From assembly GCA_947630405.1 (NCBI GenBank), contig CANRHL010000001.1:92971-156970 (forward strand): a DNA stretch of 64,000 nt. Reading direction: 5' to 3'. The stretch's first letter is position 1; each line of letters starts with the position of its first letter. The DNA comes from an uncultured Clostridia bacterium. Lineage in GTDB: Bacteria; Bacillota; Clostridia; Christensenellales; UBA1242. Positions 44,241-53,875 of the stretch are shown here, piece after piece. The position numbers and the translations under genes were made by a program. The notes below the pieces were generated by a model. That model made no database searches and was not told the DNA's origin. It saw only the letters and a program-made list of their open reading frames with translations.

Positions 44241-45716
44241 ATGAAAAAATTTGGTGTGTTTTTATTGGTTGTGCTATCGGTTTTTAGTTTTTCCGCCTGC
44301 AAAAAGCAAGATAATTTAGCTGAGCTTGGCAAAAATCTTTCAACATATAGTATGGATATAGAATTAAATACCCAAGAAAAGCGGGCAGCGGTTAGAGAGA
44401 AGGTTAATTATGTGAACAACACGGGCAGCATAATTAAGCAGGTTAAATTCCATTTGTATCCGCAATTTTTTAAGGCGGGGGCAAATCAAACAGTGGTTAG
44501 CAGCAACAAAATGAACGATGCCTATCCTAATGGCATGAGTTATGCCGAGTTCGATGTTTTGCGCGTTTTGGTGGGAAGTGAAGAGTGCGCAGTCAATTAT
44601 TCGGGCGAGCATGATGGCATTTTGACGGTGGATTTAATAACCAGCCTAACGCCGAACAATAGCGTGGATATTTTTATAGATTTCAATTTTAAATTGCCAA
44701 ATTGTGAACATCGTTTTGGCTACGGGCAGAGTGCAATTAATGTTGCCAATTTTTACCCAATAGCCTGCGTTTATGAAAACGGCGCGTTTAACGAAAATGG
44801 CTATAACGCAAATGGCGATCCGTTTTATAGCGACATGGCAAACTATTATGTGAACATTACTTTAGATGATGGCTACACTGTGGCGGCAAGTGGGGACGAA
44901 ATTAAAAGAACAACAGACGAAAATAAGCAAACAATTTCTTACGAAGGCCACATGATACGCGACTTTGCTTTTGTTGTTAGCAACAAGTTTAGTGTGGCAA
45001 CAGAAAAGTTGGGCGACACAACAATAAACTACTATTATTATGATGATGAAAACCCTTCGGCTGCGCTTAAAGCGGGAGTTGATGCAATTAAAACTTTTTC
45101 AAACCTGTTTGGCGAATATCCATACAAAACTTTTAACATTGTAAAAACCAATTTCATTTATGGCGGCATGGAATATCCTAACCTTATTTTGATAAGCGAT
45201 GACGTGGTGGATAGTGCCGATTATCTTAACGTTATTGTGCATGAAACCGCGCACCAGTGGTGGTATGGCATGGTGGGCAACGATGAATTTACACTGCCTT
45301 GGCTGGACGAAGCATTAACCGAATATAGTTCAATTTTGTTTTACGATTATAACGAGGGTTACGAGTTAAACCATAAAGACATGGTTAAGGCAAATTATGA
45401 AAACTACAAAATGTTTTTAACCGCCTACACAGATGTACTTGGCGATATGGACACGAGCATGCGCGCCGTGAACGAGTATGCCACCGAGCCAGAATATACA
45501 TATTGCACATACGTTAAGGGTGTGTTAATGTTCGATAGCCTTTATAACCTTGTTGGCGAAAAGAAATTTGTAAAAAGCCTAAAAACCTATTTTGACGAGA
45601 ACAAATACACGAACGCAACCGCTAAGGACCTTATTAATGCATTTGAAAAAACCTGCAAAACAGATTTAACAGGTTTCTTCGATAGTTGGCTCAATGGAAA
45701 AGTGATAATTAGATAA
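44241..45716 (+). CDS. M1-family zinc metallopeptidase lipoprotein
   Basis: Lipobox VFSFSAC. The gluzincin motif HETAHQWWYGMVGNDEFTLPWLDEALTEY (HExxH plus E 18 residues later). Confidence 0.85.
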   Translation: MKKFGVFLLVVLSVFSFSACKKQDNLAELGKNLSTYSMDIELNTQEKRAAVREKVNYVNNTGSIIKQVKFHLYPQFFKAGANQTVVSSNKMNDAYPNGMSYAEFDVLRVLVGSEECAVNYSGEHDGILTVDLITSLTPNNSVDIFIDFNFKLPNCEHRFGYGQSAINVANFYPIACVYENGAFNENGYNANGDPFYSDMANYYVNITLDDGYTVAASGDEIKRTTDENKQTISYEGHMIRDFAFVVSNKFSVATEKLGDTTINYYYYDDENPSAALKAGVDAIKTFSNLFGEYPYKTFNIVKTNFIYGGMEYPNLILISDDVVDSADYLNVIVHETAHQWWYGMVGNDEFTLPWLDEALTEYSSILFYDYNEGYELNHKDMVKANYENYKMFLTAYTDVLGDMDTSMRAVNEYATEPEYTYCTYVKGVLMFDSLYNLVGEKKFVKSLKTYFDENKYTNATAKDLINAFEKTCKTDLTGFFDSWLNGKVIIR

Positions 45717-45746
45717 AAAAGCCTAATTTCTAGGCTTTTTTATTTT
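45717..45746. terminator. bidirectional terminator
   Basis: AAAAAGCCTA-ATTTC-TAGGCTTTTTTATTTT. Confidence 0.7.
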
Positions 45747-46317
45747 AATATCTTTCTTGAATTGCTATCAAATTTTCAAGTTTTTCAATACGATCTTTAT
45801 GATAATTATATGGCTTGAAACCAATGCAATCATAATAATTGTTTTTAATTTTAAGCACGTTTTTAAAACATTGTTCAACTTTAATTGCGCCCAAATCTTG
45901 CTCAACCATGTTAGATATTTCGGCTAAAATTTGTTCAACAACTTTTGCCTTATTTTCGCACTGTTCAAGTTTCTTTACAAAACCAGGAAAGTTTAATTTG
46001 TCGTCTAACTTACAATAGTCGAGTATCAAAAAAAGTTCATCAGTGTAGGCGCTAGTGTCCAACCCGCAGCCTTCAATCATGGCAATGAAACTTCCAAAAG
46101 AAGTTAAAAATTTATCCAAATTTTCATTAATAAAGCGATATTTTTTGCCTTCAACATCTTTTGTTACGGGCGTGCCATATGTTGAAATTAAATATTGTTC
46201 CACTTCAATAATTTTATCATCTAGGGCAACGGCTTCTTTAGGATTTATATCTGTTAACACTCTTTTTGTGTTTAGCCTTTTTAAAAAGAGCGTTACAATC
46301 ATGTTTTCGCTTCTCAT
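45745..46317 (-). CDS. hypothetical protein (190 aa)
   Basis: Strong SD (GGAGGAAGGAA); no motif recognised. Confidence 0.6.
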   Translation of the reverse strand: MRSENMIVTLFLKRLNTKRVLTDINPKEAVALDDKIIEVEQYLISTYGTPVTKDVEGKKYRFINENLDKFLTSFGSFIAMIEGCGLDTSAYTDELFLILDYCKLDDKLNFPGFVKKLEQCENKAKVVEQILAEISNMVEQDLGAIKVEQCFKNVLKIKNNYYDCIGFKPYNYHKDRIEKLENLIAIQERY

Positions 46318-46432
46318 TTCCTTCCTCCGCGCTTATTCTAACACCTTATTATAGGTTTGTCAATACGCTTTTAAAAAATTTTTAATTTAATTTTGTTTGT
46401 AAAATAAAATTAGATGTTTTATAATATTTTAA

Positions 46433-48148
46433 ATGAAAAGGTTAATGGGGTATTTAAAAAAGTATAAGTGGTTCTTAATTTTGGGCCCATTTTTTAAGAT
46501 GCTGGATGCCATAATTGAACTTATTAACCCTATGCTTATTGCAAAAATTATTGATGTTGGCGTAACTAATAGCGATTGGCAATATATTGCAAAAATTGGC
46601 ATTATAATTTTAGTTTTAAACCTTTTAAACTTTGCGTTTTCAATTATTGGGCAAAAATGTGCCTCAATAACTTGCTCGGGCGTTTCAACCGATATGCGTA
46701 AGGATTTCTTTAATAAAATAACCACATTTTCGCATGCCGAGTTGGATAAATTTGGCACATCATCGCTTGTTAACCGCATAACCAACGATATTTCGCAAGT
46801 GGAAATGGCGGTTGGCATGTTTATGCGCCTAATTGTGCGCGTGCCATTTTTGCTTATTGGCGCATTTGTGTTAAGTTTAACCATCAACATAAAAATGTCG
46901 CTCGTGTTCTTGGTGCTTATTCCAATTGTTAGCCTAATTTTGTTCTTTTATGTTAAAAAAACCACGCCTTACTTTAAAATTATTCGTGAAAAACTAGATA
47001 ATGTTAGCAAGGTTACTAACGAAAACCTATCCGGCACGCGTGTTATTCGCGCCTTCAATAAGCAAGAGGACGAACAAAAAAGGTTTGAGGCCGTTAGTGA
47101 GGATTACACTTCAACAAGCATAAAAGTTTCAAAAATTTCGGCACTACTTAACCCGCTAATTTATTTGATTGTGGACTTTGCAATTATTGCCTTACTTTAT
47201 TTTGGCGGCATACAAATTAACATCGGCGCGATGACGCAAGGTGATATTCTTGCGCTTATTAACTATGTAACAATCATAACCATGTCCATGTTAGTGGTGT
47301 CGCGCATAATTATGATGTTTGTGCGCACATCGGCCAGCCTTCACCGAATTAATGAAATTATGGAAACCGAGCCAAGCATTAAAAATGTGCCGGGCATAAA
47401 ACACGTGAACAACACAAATTACGATGTGCTTATGGAATTTAAAAATGTGAGTTTTAACTACACGGGCAAAAAACAAACTAAATCGTTCATTAAAGATTTA
47501 TCTTTTAAAATTTATCCGCACCAAACCATTGGAATTATTGGTGGCACAGGCAGCGGCAAAAGCACAATTGCCAGCCTTATGACGCGTTTTTACGATGTAA
47601 CCGACGGCGAAATTTTATATAAGGGCAAAGATATAAAAAAATATTCAATAGAGCAGTTAAGGGACGAAATTAGTATTGTGCAACAACGCAGCATACTCTT
47701 TAGCGGCAGTTTAAGAAAAAACATGCAGTTAAGAGATAATGTTTCGGATGAGGAGATTATTGAAGCGTTAAAAATAAGCCAAGCATGGGAGTTTGTTAAA
47801 GATTGGAAAAACGGATTGGACTATCAAATTATGGCAGGCGGCAAAAACGTTTCTGGCGGGCAAATGCAACGCTTAACAATTGCGCGCGCAATAATTGGCA
47901 AACCCGAAATGTTAATTTTGGACGATAGCAGTTCGGCTCTGGACTTTTTAACCGACCACAAGTTGCGTGAAGCACTTAAAAAGTTAGATAACACTCTCGT
48001 TATAATCTCGCAGCGCGCCACTTCAATTATGGATGCCGATTTAATTATTGTGCTGGATAACGGCGATGTGGTTGGCATGGGCAAGCATGAGGATTTAATG
48101 AAGAATTGCGCAATTTATAAAGAAATTTATTTAAGCCAATCAAAATAG
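46433..48148 (+). CDS. ABC transporter permease/ATP-binding protein (type I exporter half-transporter)
   Basis: Six TM helices plus NBD: Walker A GGTGSGKST, signature VSGGQMQRL, Walker B LILDDSSSALD. Confidence 0.9.
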   Translation: MKRLMGYLKKYKWFLILGPFFKMLDAIIELINPMLIAKIIDVGVTNSDWQYIAKIGIIILVLNLLNFAFSIIGQKCASITCSGVSTDMRKDFFNKITTFSHAELDKFGTSSLVNRITNDISQVEMAVGMFMRLIVRVPFLLIGAFVLSLTINIKMSLVFLVLIPIVSLILFFYVKKTTPYFKIIREKLDNVSKVTNENLSGTRVIRAFNKQEDEQKRFEAVSEDYTSTSIKVSKISALLNPLIYLIVDFAIIALLYFGGIQINIGAMTQGDILALINYVTIITMSMLVVSRIIMMFVRTSASLHRINEIMETEPSIKNVPGIKHVNNTNYDVLMEFKNVSFNYTGKKQTKSFIKDLSFKIYPHQTIGIIGGTGSGKSTIASLMTRFYDVTDGEILYKGKDIKKYSIEQLRDEISIVQQRSILFSGSLRKNMQLRDNVSDEEIIEALKISQAWEFVKDWKNGLDYQIMAGGKNVSGGQMQRLTIARAIIGKPEMLILDDSSSALDFLTDHKLREALKKLDNTLVIISQRATSIMDADLIIVLDNGDVVGMGKHEDLMKNCAIYKEIYLSQSK

Positions 48149-48188
48149 AAAAAATTAAAAAAACACAAAAAAATATGAAAGGAGAAAA

Positions 48189-49940
48189 ATGAAAGTTAAA
48201 GAAATAAAAAATGTATTTCCAAAATTACTTACATTTGTGCGCCCACACAAACGCACCTTCTTTCTTTCAATAATTTTTAGCCTTGTTGCAATTGTTTTAA
48301 ACACGATTATTCCAATTTTCTCGGGCTATGCAATCGACTGCATGATTGGCGTGAACAATGTGGATTTTATGGGGTTATTTAAAAACCTAATTATAATTTT
48401 AGTGTTTACAATTTCAAGTTCGTTCTTTGAGTGGTTTGGAAGTTATTACATGAACATTTTAACTTACAAAACCGCGCAGTCAATTAGGAACGGAATTTAT
48501 GAAAAGTTAAACGCCGTGCCAATTAAGTATATTGATAACACCGCGCATGGCGACATTATGAACACCATGATTGCCGATGTTGAAAATGTAACCGATGGCT
48601 TTTTGGAAGGCTTTTCAACCGTGGTGCAAGGGTTGTTCCAAGTTATTATTGTTATGGTTATGATGTTTGTGCTAAATTGGGGGCTTGCGCTTGTGGTTAT
48701 TGTGGTGGCACCTTTCTCACTTTTATTTGCCATTTTGTTAACAAGAAAAAGCAAAAAACTTTATCGCGCCAGGGTGGAGTTGCAGGGCAAACTTAGTGGT
48801 TATAGTGAAGAAATGATAACCAATATGAAAATTATTAAAGCCTTTAATGACGAAGTGGATACAAACAAAAAATTTAACGAAATAAATTCAAAACTTGGCA
48901 AGGCGGGCGAAAAATCTATGTTCTTTTCATCACTTGCCAACCCCGCATCAAGAATTGTTAATGGCCTACTTCATGGCTGCATTGGTGTGGTGGGCGCATT
49001 GTTTGCAATTCAGGGCAAAATTAAAATTGGTTTAATTTCATCCTTCTTAAATTACTCGCAAGATTACACTCGCCCATTTAATGATATAACCAACATTTTT
49101 GCCGATTTAAACATTGCAATTGCAAGCGCAAACCGAGTGTTCAGCCTGCTTGACGTTAAAAACGAAATTAGTGACGAAAATTTGCCCGCACTTAAAAAAT
49201 GCAATGGCGAAGTTGAAATTAAAAAAGTTGAATTTAGTTACGAAAAATCGTTTAAACTTATTGAAAATTTAAACCTTTCAGTTAAGAAAGGTGAACGCGT
49301 GGCAATTGTTGGCCCAACCGGTTGCGGCAAAAGCACAATTATAAATTTGCTTATGCGTTTTTACGATGTGGATAGCGGCAGCATTAAGGTTAGCAATAAA
49401 GATATAAGAAAGGTTACAAGAAAATCCTTTAGAAGTTTTTACGGAATGGTGTTGCAAGAAAGTTGGCTTTATAACGCAAGCGTTAAAGATAATGTTGCAT
49501 ATGGCAAGCCCGATGCCAGCATGGACGAAATTGTGGAAGCCTGCAAAAAGGCAAATGCGCATGCGTTCATTGAAAAATTGCCACAAGGTTATGATACAAT
49601 TATCACCGAGCGGGCAGATAACATTAGTGCCGGGCAAAAACAACTATTGTGCATTGCAAGAATTATGCTTGTTAAACCGCCAATGATGATTTTGGACGAA
49701 GCCACCAGCAACATTGATACGCGCACCGAAATGAAAATTCAACAAGCACTTGACGTTATGATGGAGGGGCGCACTTGCTTTATTGTGGCGCACCGCTTAA
49801 GTACAATTGAAAATGCCGATACAATTTTGGTTATGAACAAAGGCAAAATTATTGAACAGGGCAAGCACAAAGAACTTTTGGCAAAACAAGGTTTTTACTA
49901 TAAATTATTTAATAGCCAATTTGCCGCGCCAAACAAATAA
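48189..49940 (+). CDS. ABC transporter permease/ATP-binding protein, probable heterodimer partner
   Basis: AAAGGAG SD. GPTGCGKST, ISAGQKQLL, MILDEATSNID, VAHRLSTI. Confidence 0.9.
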   Translation: MKVKEIKNVFPKLLTFVRPHKRTFFLSIIFSLVAIVLNTIIPIFSGYAIDCMIGVNNVDFMGLFKNLIIILVFTISSSFFEWFGSYYMNILTYKTAQSIRNGIYEKLNAVPIKYIDNTAHGDIMNTMIADVENVTDGFLEGFSTVVQGLFQVIIVMVMMFVLNWGLALVVIVVAPFSLLFAILLTRKSKKLYRARVELQGKLSGYSEEMITNMKIIKAFNDEVDTNKKFNEINSKLGKAGEKSMFFSSLANPASRIVNGLLHGCIGVVGALFAIQGKIKIGLISSFLNYSQDYTRPFNDITNIFADLNIAIASANRVFSLLDVKNEISDENLPALKKCNGEVEIKKVEFSYEKSFKLIENLNLSVKKGERVAIVGPTGCGKSTIINLLMRFYDVDSGSIKVSNKDIRKVTRKSFRSFYGMVLQESWLYNASVKDNVAYGKPDASMDEIVEACKKANAHAFIEKLPQGYDTIITERADNISAGQKQLLCIARIMLVKPPMMILDEATSNIDTRTEMKIQQALDVMMEGRTCFIVAHRLSTIENADTILVMNKGKIIEQGKHKELLAKQGFYYKLFNSQFAAPNK

Positions 49941-49983
49941 AATTTTAGTTGACTAAAAAAGGGGGATAAGTAAACTTAAATAT

Positions 49984-51843
49984 ATGGTACAACAAACAAA
50001 AACAAACGAAGAAAACATTAAAAACAAAAAGTTTAAATTTTGGCAATATTTTAAGCCCTATAAAGGCACAATTTTTGTGCTTTTGTTGATGCAGGTTTTT
50101 TACATAGTAAGGCCGGTAATTGATACCTTGCTTTCCGCACAATTCTTTGTGTATATAACGGAAGGATTTAACAACCATATTTTCTTTTGGGAAGCAGCAA
50201 AACTTTTAATTATTATCACAATGTTGCAACTATTAAATTTTGTTATTAACCACCTTAATAATAGAATTTATTTTAAACTTGAAATTAAAGTTAGCAAGGC
50301 AATGAGCACCGATATTACTCAGCAGGCGTTTACCGTTTCGTCTAAAGCGTATAGCGACCATCAAACTGCCAATTTCACGCAACGCATTAACAACGACCCG
50401 TTTGTAATTTTCGACAACATGGCAAGTTTTATGGAAACGGTTTCGGGCTTAATAACCAGCGCCATTGTTGTAGGCTATATTATTTTTGTTAATTTTTATA
50501 TTGGCCTTGTTTTAATTGCCTCGGTTATTATTTGCTCGTTTATTGAAACTTATAGAAAACGAAAACATAAAAAACTGAGCAAAGAAGCCAAAAGAAGAAA
50601 CGAAAAATATTCTAGTTTGCTTAACGAAGTTGTTAGAAGTGAACGCGATATAAAATCGCTGAACTTAGAGGCAAATTTAAAAGATAATATTAGCGAAAGT
50701 TTTGATAATTGTAACAACTATAATTATAAAGTAAACATGTTTTATAACAAGTGGTGGATTTTGCGCTCGGCTGTGTCGCGAATTTTCAATGCCGCCGCGC
50801 TCATTTTAGGCATCTACTTTATGGATTTAGGGCTATTGACTTTGGCATCCTACATGATAATTCAAAATAACCGCGGCTATGTGTTTGACCTTTTAACTGC
50901 CTATGAGCAATTAACCAAACATTTTAGCGAAATTTCGCTTGCCGTTAATAGAGTTAGCGAACTTTATGAGGACGACGAATATGAACTTGAAAAATTTGGA
51001 ACGAAAAACCGAAAACACATAAAGGGCAAAATTGCATTTAAAGATGTTGGCTTTACCTATGTTGAATATAGAGATAAAACAGCGCAAGAATTTAAATTGG
51101 AAAAGCAATCGAACAAGCGCCAGCATATCAAAACAAAAATATCACGGCGCGTTGAGGCGGGCAGAAACCGCGTTTTTGACGATTTGAGTTTTGAAATTCA
51201 GCCAAACACCACTGTGGCGTTTGTTGGCAAATCGGGTAGCGGAAAAAGCACAATTTTAAGTTTAATTTCAAAAATGTATGTGGTGGATGATGGCAAAATT
51301 ACCATCGACGGCGTTAATATTAACGATTTAGATAAAGAAAGTTTGCGTTCGTCAATTGCACTTGTTAATCAGTTCCCATACATTTTCGATATGACAATTA
51401 AAGAAAACTTGCTGCTTGCAAAACCCAACGCAACCGAAAAAGAGTTAAATCAGGTGCTTAAAGATAGCGCGCTTGATGAGTTTGTTGCGGGGCTTAGGGA
51501 AGGCATAAACTCCCGCGTTGGCGAAAGCGGAATTAAACTAAGTGGTGGGCAACGCCAAAGGCTTGCGATTGCGCGTGCGCTATTAAAAAAATCGAGCATT
51601 ATTTTGTTTGACGAAAGCACTTCTTCACTTGATAACCTTGCACAAAATCAAATTAAAAAGAGCATTGATAACATTAAAGGTAAATCTACCATTGTTATTG
51701 TTGCTCATAGGCTCTCCACTATTAAAAATGTGGATAAAATATTCTTTTTGGAAAATGGCGTTATTGTGGACGAAGGAACTTTTGACGAACTATTCAAACG
51801 CAACAAAGCCTTTAAAACTATGTTTTTGGCAGAAAATATATAG
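49984..51843 (+). CDS. third ABC exporter half-transporter with an insertion in the NBD
   Basis: GKSGSGKST, LSGGQRQRLAIARA, ILFDESTSSLD, VAHRLSTI. About 35 extra residues (YRDKTAQEFKLEKQSNKRQHIKTKISRRVEAGRNR) precede Walker A. Confidence 0.85.
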   Translation: MVQQTKTNEENIKNKKFKFWQYFKPYKGTIFVLLLMQVFYIVRPVIDTLLSAQFFVYITEGFNNHIFFWEAAKLLIIITMLQLLNFVINHLNNRIYFKLEIKVSKAMSTDITQQAFTVSSKAYSDHQTANFTQRINNDPFVIFDNMASFMETVSGLITSAIVVGYIIFVNFYIGLVLIASVIICSFIETYRKRKHKKLSKEAKRRNEKYSSLLNEVVRSERDIKSLNLEANLKDNISESFDNCNNYNYKVNMFYNKWWILRSAVSRIFNAAALILGIYFMDLGLLTLASYMIIQNNRGYVFDLLTAYEQLTKHFSEISLAVNRVSELYEDDEYELEKFGTKNRKHIKGKIAFKDVGFTYVEYRDKTAQEFKLEKQSNKRQHIKTKISRRVEAGRNRVFDDLSFEIQPNTTVAFVGKSGSGKSTILSLISKMYVVDDGKITIDGVNINDLDKESLRSSIALVNQFPYIFDMTIKENLLLAKPNATEKELNQVLKDSALDEFVAGLREGINSRVGESGIKLSGGQRQRLAIARALLKKSSIILFDESTSSLDNLAQNQIKKSIDNIKGKSTIVIVAHRLSTIKNVDKIFFLENGVIVDEGTFDELFKRNKAFKTMFLAENI

Positions 51844-51858
51844 CCGTCGCGAACAAGC

Positions 51859-51944
51859 TTATGTCATTTTGAGCGAACGGAGTGAGTCGAAAAATCTTAT
51901 TTGGAAAAGAGGATGAGATTCTTCGACTACGCTCAGAATGACAA
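51859..51944. repeat. palindromic pair (forward plus reverse copy) of the interspersed repeat
   Basis: TTATGTCATTTTGAGCGAACGGAGTGAGTCGAAAAATCTT (51859-51898) and GAGATTCTTCGACTACGCTCAGAATGACAA (51915-51944) are inverted copies. Confidence 0.7.
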
Positions 51945-51959
51945 GGTTTCGCTTATAAT

Positions 51960-53048
51960 TTATTTTTCGTTTAGTTTGTTTTTAAAAATTTGCAGGTTCT
52001 GTTTTAGGCGCGGGTCGGTTGGGTTTAATTTTATGGCGGTTTCTATTGTGGAAATCGCCTTTTTATATTCGCCAATTTCATAGTAGGCAAGCGAGAGATA
52101 ATCGTAAGGCAGACTATTCCAACAGAGCGGCGAACTCATGTAATTTAAATATCTATCTTGCACCTTTAACATTTCATTAAACGCAAATGCCGAGTTTAAA
52201 AACTGCCCGTTTTCGTAGTAAAAAACACCAAGTTCAAAATATGGCTCACGCACATAATTGCACTCTAAAATTGCACGCATTATGGAGTTTTCTTGCTTTT
52301 GTTTTTCGCCCTTTTGCTTATAACACTCGGCAATGTAACGTAGACTTGCGCAGCGCTCAATGTCCCAGCGAGAAGTTGGCATTTTTAGGTGGCGGGTTAG
52401 CGTTTCAATGGCTTTATCGTACTGCTTATCAAACATATATTCACGGCCAAGATAGTGAACATTGCGGTCGTCGTTAGGGTTTTCGCTAACCGAAAGTTCA
52501 AGTAAGGGCAAATAACTTTTGCGCGATTTTGTTTCGTCTGCTTTGTGGTTGAGTTGCATGGCGGGTAGGTCAATAAATTTTAAATTTTCATTTGTTGTGG
52601 GTGCAAGCACTTCATGCACGGGGTAAACCCATTTGTATGCGCCATTTTTGTGGATTTTATCCGCCATAAACACCACACCTTCACTGCCGTCGGGGTAAAA
52701 ATTCCAAGTGTAGCGGTAACGCGCTCTGCCAACGCCTTCACTCCAATTTTGCCTTAAAATTTTTGTCCAGCCCGGGTTAAAATATTCGTCAATGTCCACG
52801 CAAACACAAATTTCCGCATCTTTAGGGATTAATGCCATGCTATCATTTCTTGCAACGTCAAAACGAAAGAAATCGTATTTCTTTTGCTCGATAATTACAC
52901 CTAACTCTTTAAATCTTTCATACGTTCCGTCAGTGCTGCCGGTATCTAACACACAAACGTAGTCCGCTTCTTTAACCGAATTATAAAAACGCTCAACAAA
53001 CTTAATTTCATTTTTGCTTATTGCATAAACACAAATTTTCTTTTTCAT
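51960..53048 (-). CDS. family 2-like glycosyltransferase fused to C-terminal TPR repeats
   Basis: KICVYAISKNEIKFVERF...YVCVLDTGSTDGT...DIDE is the GT-A/GT2 pattern. TPR-like helices follow (YDKAIETLTRHL, EYKKAISTIETAIKLNP). No SD. Confidence 0.7.
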   Translation of the reverse strand: MKKKICVYAISKNEIKFVERFYNSVKEADYVCVLDTGSTDGTYERFKELGVIIEQKKYDFFRFDVARNDSMALIPKDAEICVCVDIDEYFNPGWTKILRQNWSEGVGRARYRYTWNFYPDGSEGVVFMADKIHKNGAYKWVYPVHEVLAPTTNENLKFIDLPAMQLNHKADETKSRKSYLPLLELSVSENPNDDRNVHYLGREYMFDKQYDKAIETLTRHLKMPTSRWDIERCASLRYIAECYKQKGEKQKQENSIMRAILECNYVREPYFELGVFYYENGQFLNSAFAFNEMLKVQDRYLNYMSSPLCWNSLPYDYLSLAYYEIGEYKKAISTIETAIKLNPTDPRLKQNLQIFKNKLNEK

Positions 53049-53091
53049 ATTGTTATTTTATTAAACCGAAAAAAATATTGTTAAATTAAAG

Positions 53092-53118
53092 CAAATAAAA
53101 AAGGGCAACAAGCCCTTT
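53092..53118 (-). terminator. terminator downstream of the 215-aa gene
   Basis: Minus strand: AAAGGGC-TTGTT-GCCCTTTTTTATTTGC. Confidence 0.55.
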
Positions 53119-53124
53119 AATAGT

Positions 53125-53772
53125 TTATAATTTAAGGTTTATTTCTGAAACAAGTTTATCAATTGTTTCTTGTATTCTTGATTTGCCATTCAACAAATCA
53201 CCTTTGTGGTCTAGGTAAGAAATGTAATCATGTTTTGGAAAGCAATAATAATCAAAATCAACATTAGAATATTTATTAAGTATAGTTATTTCAAATATTA
53301 AACGTGGAGTAGGGTCAATTATAAATTGCAATGGGTTTTGATTTCTGCGGTCCATATCAATTTTGTTAGATGCCACATGATAATCAATTATTGTTTGTGT
53401 AAAGTTATTAAGATTTTCAGCACAATCGGCCAAAATTAGCAAATGAGCGCCGCCCATCATATTGTCAGTAGCAATATCCATAACCGGTTGCTGGATAAAA
53501 TAAATTGAATATCTCCACTTTTCATTTAAACTGGTGGATGCGTTCAATTCACCTTTGCCTAGCCCAAAATCTTGTAAAATGTGAATTTCACGCCCGTTGT
53601 CGGCTTCTTGCTTACATAAAGTTTCAAATAATTGAAAGTCATCGGTTAAGACAATAGTGCCTTTTGAACTAAAACCAAAAGGTACACGGTCGTCAGAATG
53701 AATGTCATGCATAAATTTTAAAAAGTTTTGTTGGGTTATATCATTTCTTCCGGTAAATGAAACGTTTTTCAT
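53125..53772 (-). CDS. hypothetical protein (215 aa)
   Basis: The ATG at 53772 follows AGGAGGAATT; no motif recognised. Confidence 0.6.
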   Translation of the reverse strand: MKNVSFTGRNDITQQNFLKFMHDIHSDDRVPFGFSSKGTIVLTDDFQLFETLCKQEADNGREIHILQDFGLGKGELNASTSLNEKWRYSIYFIQQPVMDIATDNMMGGAHLLILADCAENLNNFTQTIIDYHVASNKIDMDRRNQNPLQFIIDPTPRLIFEITILNKYSNVDFDYYCFPKHDYISYLDHKGDLLNGKSRIQETIDKLVSEINLKL

Positions 53773-53875
53773 AATTCCTCCTAAGTTTAAAAAGTATATC
53801 ATGTAAAAATAAATTTGTCAATAATGAATTATCAATTTGTTTGTAAAAAATTTTAAAATAAACTATACTTTTTAT

